Source of the DNA: Octopus vulgaris | Lineage: Eukaryota | NCBI GenBank assembly: GCA_951406725.2 | Contig: OX597824.1 | Span: forward strand, 47,120,001-47,184,000 | Reading direction: 5' to 3' | Length of the DNA stretch: 64,000 nucleotides | Part shown: one piece after another, positions 60,012-64,000 of the stretch | How positions within the stretch are numbered: position 1 is the stretch's first letter | Layout of the letters: each line of letters begins with the position of its first letter | The notes under the pieces: model-generated | The model's input: the letters and a program-made list of their open reading frames with translations, nothing else | What the model was told of the DNA's origin: nothing | Database searches by the model: none | Program-made: the position numbers and the translations under genes

Positions 60012-62467
60012 CATATATACGACAGGCTTCTTTCAGTTTCCGTCTACCAAACCCACTCACAAAGCTTTGGTCGTCCTGAGGCTATAATAGAAGACACTTG
60101 CCCAAGGTGCCACGCAGTGGGACTGAACCCAGAACCATGTGATTGGTAAGCAAGCTACTTACTACACAGCCACTCCTGTGCCTATGTAATAGTTTGTCTC
60201 AGAGAAACTTATTGAAGAGGTATGTACATTAAAAAAAACACAGAATTCACTCAGAATCTCATCATTGGTCAATCATCAGACATGGTGTTTCATCCTCATT
60301 TGGTCTCCTTTGTGATGAACATTCCTGGGTATTCAGAGCTAAGCTGAAAACTGTTCATTCTGATATAGAAATCAGTAAACATACCATTCACTGTTTGTGT
60401 GCTTTTTTTTTCCCAGAGAAAGAGAAGGTTTGTAAAGTCAACACTGTCATTTTTTAAATACTTTTTAATGGAAGTTTAGTTGAAACAAACTCTAAGCCAG
60501 CTGACTTTACATTGTTGATTCAGTTCTTGATTGAGCCATTTACTTTTTATTATTCACCTTAAAATTTCTTGCTGTGATCTGTAGCCTAAAGAAGAATCTA
60601 CTTTTACAGAGTGAATTGCACTTCACAGACTACTTGACAAAATTTACTCAGGTGATCACTACATAAGTGTTGCAAGATGATTTTATTTCATTTGCCAACC
60701 CTGGAGGAATAAAATATAAACAATTATTGTACTATTAGAGGTGAACAGAATGGGAAATGGCTGATAAGAAACTATCTACCATGAATCTCTACCTTCTGTA
60801 CTACAGTCACCATCCTTGTCTATTTGGACTGAACTTTCTAATTTTTAAATTTAATATTAATATTCCTGCTCTTCATTCGCAGTATTTCCAGAAGCTGAAG
60901 GAGAGTGTTGGTTTTTTGCTTCTGTTTCATTGATTCTGATTTATTTTATTTTATTATTAATGTTTCAGAACCTGAAAATAAACTCCAAAAGTTGAAATTG
61001 GAAGATAATTCAAATGAAAACGGTATTTTCCTTCTTTTCTTTTTTTTTCAATCAGTGGTGGTATTCTGTCATTCAGTTCTTATGCTTCAATTAACATTAA
61101 AAATGTCTTGTATACCAACACAGTTTGGAGTAGGGCATTTTAGGGACTGTTAATTCAATCTACACTATAGATCCTTATGAAAGTTGCTAACCTGTGTGGT
61201 GTCCTGCATGGTAGATAGGATTTTTTTTTTTTTTTTTTGCTTCAAGCAATCCTAGCTTTTGTTTAGTGTCACAAAACAAAACAAACAAGACAAATTTTTT
61301 CTTGATTAGGACAAGGTTCTCTTACAGATAATGTTTCCAGATGATGTAGCATTCCTAACAGAACCGAAACAAATAGTAAAATTCATCCTACTCAGAAAAT
61401 AGTGGACTTGGCCTTTTATTAGGGGCACGCTACAGTAACAATAACAAGTTACAAACTGCTAGAGACATAAGCTTTGTGTTTGTGTGTGTGTTAAAGCTGC
61501 TCCTATATCTGGGTTTTGTCTTTTTATTAAGAATTTTTTATGTTTAACAAACTGGAAGAAGGCAGTCTGAGTCAAATACTTCTTTTAGCTGTCTCCACAC
61601 GTATACTCAGTCAGTGGTCGGAAATAAAGTAAAGGATGACTCGTCTGAGAAAACAACATTCTTCCACTGCTCCTAGGGACCAATTCTGTAGGTTTTTACT
61701 CCACTCTAAATGCTTTGCAACATTTGTTTTTGAAAGTAGTGGCTTTCTGATTGCAGCCCTCCCATGAAATCTGGCTTTGTGCAGCTCCTGGCAAACAGTT
61801 TTTGTGGAAACTGGGTTCTCAAGGTGGTCATTAAGCTCTGCAGTAATTTTGAGAGCTGTACTTTTGTGATCCTTTCTAACAATTTGCATAAGAGTCCGAC
61901 AGTCCCTGTCTGAAAGTTTTGGTTTTCTTCCAGAATTTTGTTTCAACAAGGTTATTCCCTCTTTCTCAAAGGCTGTCATTACTTTCACGACAGTACTTCT
62001 TGATACACCAAACATTCCAGCTATTTTGATTACACTAGCACCTGCCATACAAGCACCAACAATTTGACCCCTTTGAAAGTCTTATAGATCTGTCATTTTA
62101 ATTGATTTTTTAATTACCTTTTACTGATGATATCTGAAAAGAAACAGCAATTTTAGCAAAACATATTAAGCAACACTAATAATAAATCAAAAAATATAAA
62201 AATAAACAAGTTTTTGATGGTTTTATAGATATTTCAAAATTATGATGCTATAATGACAGGTGTTTCCATTATTTTGTCCAACCCTTGTATGTATATACCT
62301 ATACATATATATATACCTATACATATATACATATGTTTGATGTTTCTATGTATGTAATGTTATTTTGCCCAGATCCTGTGAATATACTGCTAATCGGTTC
62401 TGCTGATTTACGACATGTTTTCAAAACAGTTACCTGTTCAAACAAACAGCTAAATAGAAAACTGCAT
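58513..62467 (+). CDS. DNAAF3: Dynein axonemal assembly factor 3 (PF22), 5' part; exons 58513-58579, 60969-61022, 62373-62467; continues beyond the window
   Basis: MIDGYGNISFWGYSPCINLLES-E-PENKLQKLKLEDNSNEN-D-PVNILLIGSADLRHVFKTVTCSNKQLNRKLH resembles the DNAAF3 N-terminus (GFGSVSWWGLSPALDL...LLLGSVDGRHLLRT, from memory). AG/GT sites with consistent phases. Confidence 0.85.
59185..59379. repeat. Fold-back/MITE-like inverted repeat
   Basis: Outer 20-bp IR GGAGTAAAGATTTTTGCCAA and inner IR AATGTTGCTGTAATTTAGCCCCAGGAG; no clear TSD. Confidence 0.75.
59745..60183 (-). mobile_element. Full-length copy of the same tRNA-derived SINE
   Basis: Reverse complement of the 37321-37692 structure. Confidence 0.85.
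60969..61022 (+). CDS. DNAAF3: DNAAF3 exon 2 (linker)
   Basis: tgtttcag acceptor, G|gtattt donor, 54 nt phase 1-1. Confidence 0.6.
61590..62287 (-). mobile_element. 5' half of a Tc1 transposon
   Basis: TA-CAAGGGTTGGACAAAATAATGGAAACA terminus; ORF with GASVIKIA..FGVSRSTV, SGRKPKLSDRD, AAIRKPLLS, then FSDES after a frameshift. Confidence 0.9.
62373..62467 (+). CDS. DNAAF3: DNAAF3 exon 3
   Basis: ttttgcccag acceptor, gtaagt donor; NILLIGSADLRH motif. Confidence 0.88.
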
Positions 62468-63158
62468 GTAAGTTCTTATTTCATCCCGTTATTTTATAAT
62501 CATTACAATCTTCAGGAAAACATACTTTCTTGATCTTTTGCAAAAGAAAAGGTTGTAATATTTTGAGAGAGAAAAACAATACTCTAAGTGTCTCTCTTGC
62601 ATATCACATTTTAATCAATTTGTATAGAAAAGAAGTTTAAGAGGTTTGCTATTTTGAAAATTAAACAAAAGAGAGGGAGAGACATCTAATTTAACACTCC
62701 TATGTTAAATATGTTTATTCTATACACTAACAAGAGATTTTATTTAATATAATTATTCTTTGTCCATGAATTCATGTGACAGATGTAAAACATATTGGTT
62801 CATGAGGAAATATTACTTTGTTTAGAAACAGGGGAGGGTAAGCAACAGGAAGAGCATTAATCTGTAGAAAATTTGTCGCAATGATTTCCATCTAACCCAT
62901 ACAAGTATGGAAAAGAAAAGTTGATGTTAAAATGATGATGATAGTGATGTTGATGGTAGTAGAAGTAATGGTATTTGATTGGCTTCTTTCAATCTCTGTC
63001 TACCTAAACCACACAGAAGGTCTTGGTCAGCCCGAGGCTAGAGTAAAAGACATTTGCTTGAGGTGCCACACAGTGAGACTGAACTTAGAACCATATTGTT
63101 AGGAAATAAACTTGACCGCATAGCCATACCAGTAAATATCTTCTATCATAATATAGAC

Positions 63159-63422
63159 TAGTGGTTCTCATCCATTTTTTGCCTATGGACCCTTTGATTT
63201 CTATTTTACTCTACTGGACCTCCATAGCCATTCAATGTGTATTAAAATACATCATGCTGTATTTTTATAATTAAATTATTATAATATTATTAGGAATTAT
63301 ATGAAAAAATACTATATTTTGTGTATTGCAGAAGTATAAGCAATTTATTGTACATAAATTTTAACAGCAAAATCTTATATGGATCCCCAAGGGTCATATG
63401 AACCCCCAGTTGAGAACCACTG
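63159..63422. mobile_element. hAT/Charlie (MER5-like) MITE
   Basis: Termini TAGTGGTTCTCA / TGAGAACCACTG; degenerate 8-bp TSD ATATAGAC / AGACAGAG. Confidence 0.7.
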
Positions 63423-64000
63423 AGACAGAGTAGTAACATTATCATATCAGAGCTAGAGTTCAACAAGTTATTAGGGAGGCAACAAATCTACACCAAATCA
63501 GAGATGCCTAACTCTCAATAATTCAGTCTATCAAGGTACCGTTTTGAACAGTTGCTTATTCACGCAACATGTTCAGACACAATCATCATCATTATCATCA
63601 TCATCATCATTTAACGTCCTTTGTCCATACTGGCATAGGTTGGACAGTTTGACCAGGGCTGGTGAGCTGGAAGGCTGCACCAAACTCCAGTCTGATTTGG
63701 CATGGTTTTCTACACCTGGATATCTTTCCTAACATCAACCACTCCAAGAGTGTAATGGGTGCTTTTATGCGCCACCGGCATGGATGCCATTTGCATGACA
63801 CCGGTATCTGCCATGGCTGCGATAGGTCTTAATAGGTCTTCTTCTCAAGCATGACATAATGTCAAAGGTCTCAGTCATTGCCTCTGTGAGGCCCAACACT
63901 CAAAAGGAACTCAGCCACTTTCTTCTGTGAGGCCCAATGCTTGAAAGGAACTTGGCCATGTTGCCTTTGTGAAACCCAGCGCTCGAAAGGAACTCAGCCA

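Noticed and set aside
63877-64000. Regularly spaced ~39-bp repeats as a CRISPR-like array
   Set aside because: Head-to-tail tandem units without unique spacers, inside an RTE 3' UTR of a eukaryotic genome.

Overview
AT-rich, microsatellite- and transposon-dense animal genomic DNA; the SINE/RTE repertoire looks like a coleoid cephalopod (Octopus-like, inferred). Three genes were assembled by hand from splice sites and reading frame. (1) The 3' part of a small + strand gene with one Cys-rich VWC/pacifastin-like exon (4142-18114). (2) A complete - strand CWF19L1 gene (15 coding exons, 520 aa, 21454-58135). (3) The first three exons of DNAAF3 (+, from 58513), head-to-head with CWF19L1 across 377 bp that contains an RFX X-box-like site. 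Main observations: CWF19L1 intron 11 is a minor-spliceosome (U12-type) intron with rare AT-AA termini, and it hosts a same-strand RTE LINE whose ORF is in frame with the upstream exon. A family of (TA)n-inserted fold-back elements carries minimal type I hammerhead ribozyme motifs in both arms (Penelope-like architecture). Several other inverted duplications also sit at microsatellites. Two unrelated MITEs with 8-bp TSDs both carry telomeric TTAGGG repeats. Other TEs: LTR with tRNA-Trp PBS inserted in an R4/Dong-like LINE, mariner, Tc1, pogo/Tigger, hAT, Helitrons and several tRNA-derived SINE families. Comparisons with human proteins and TE families are from memory, not from searches.
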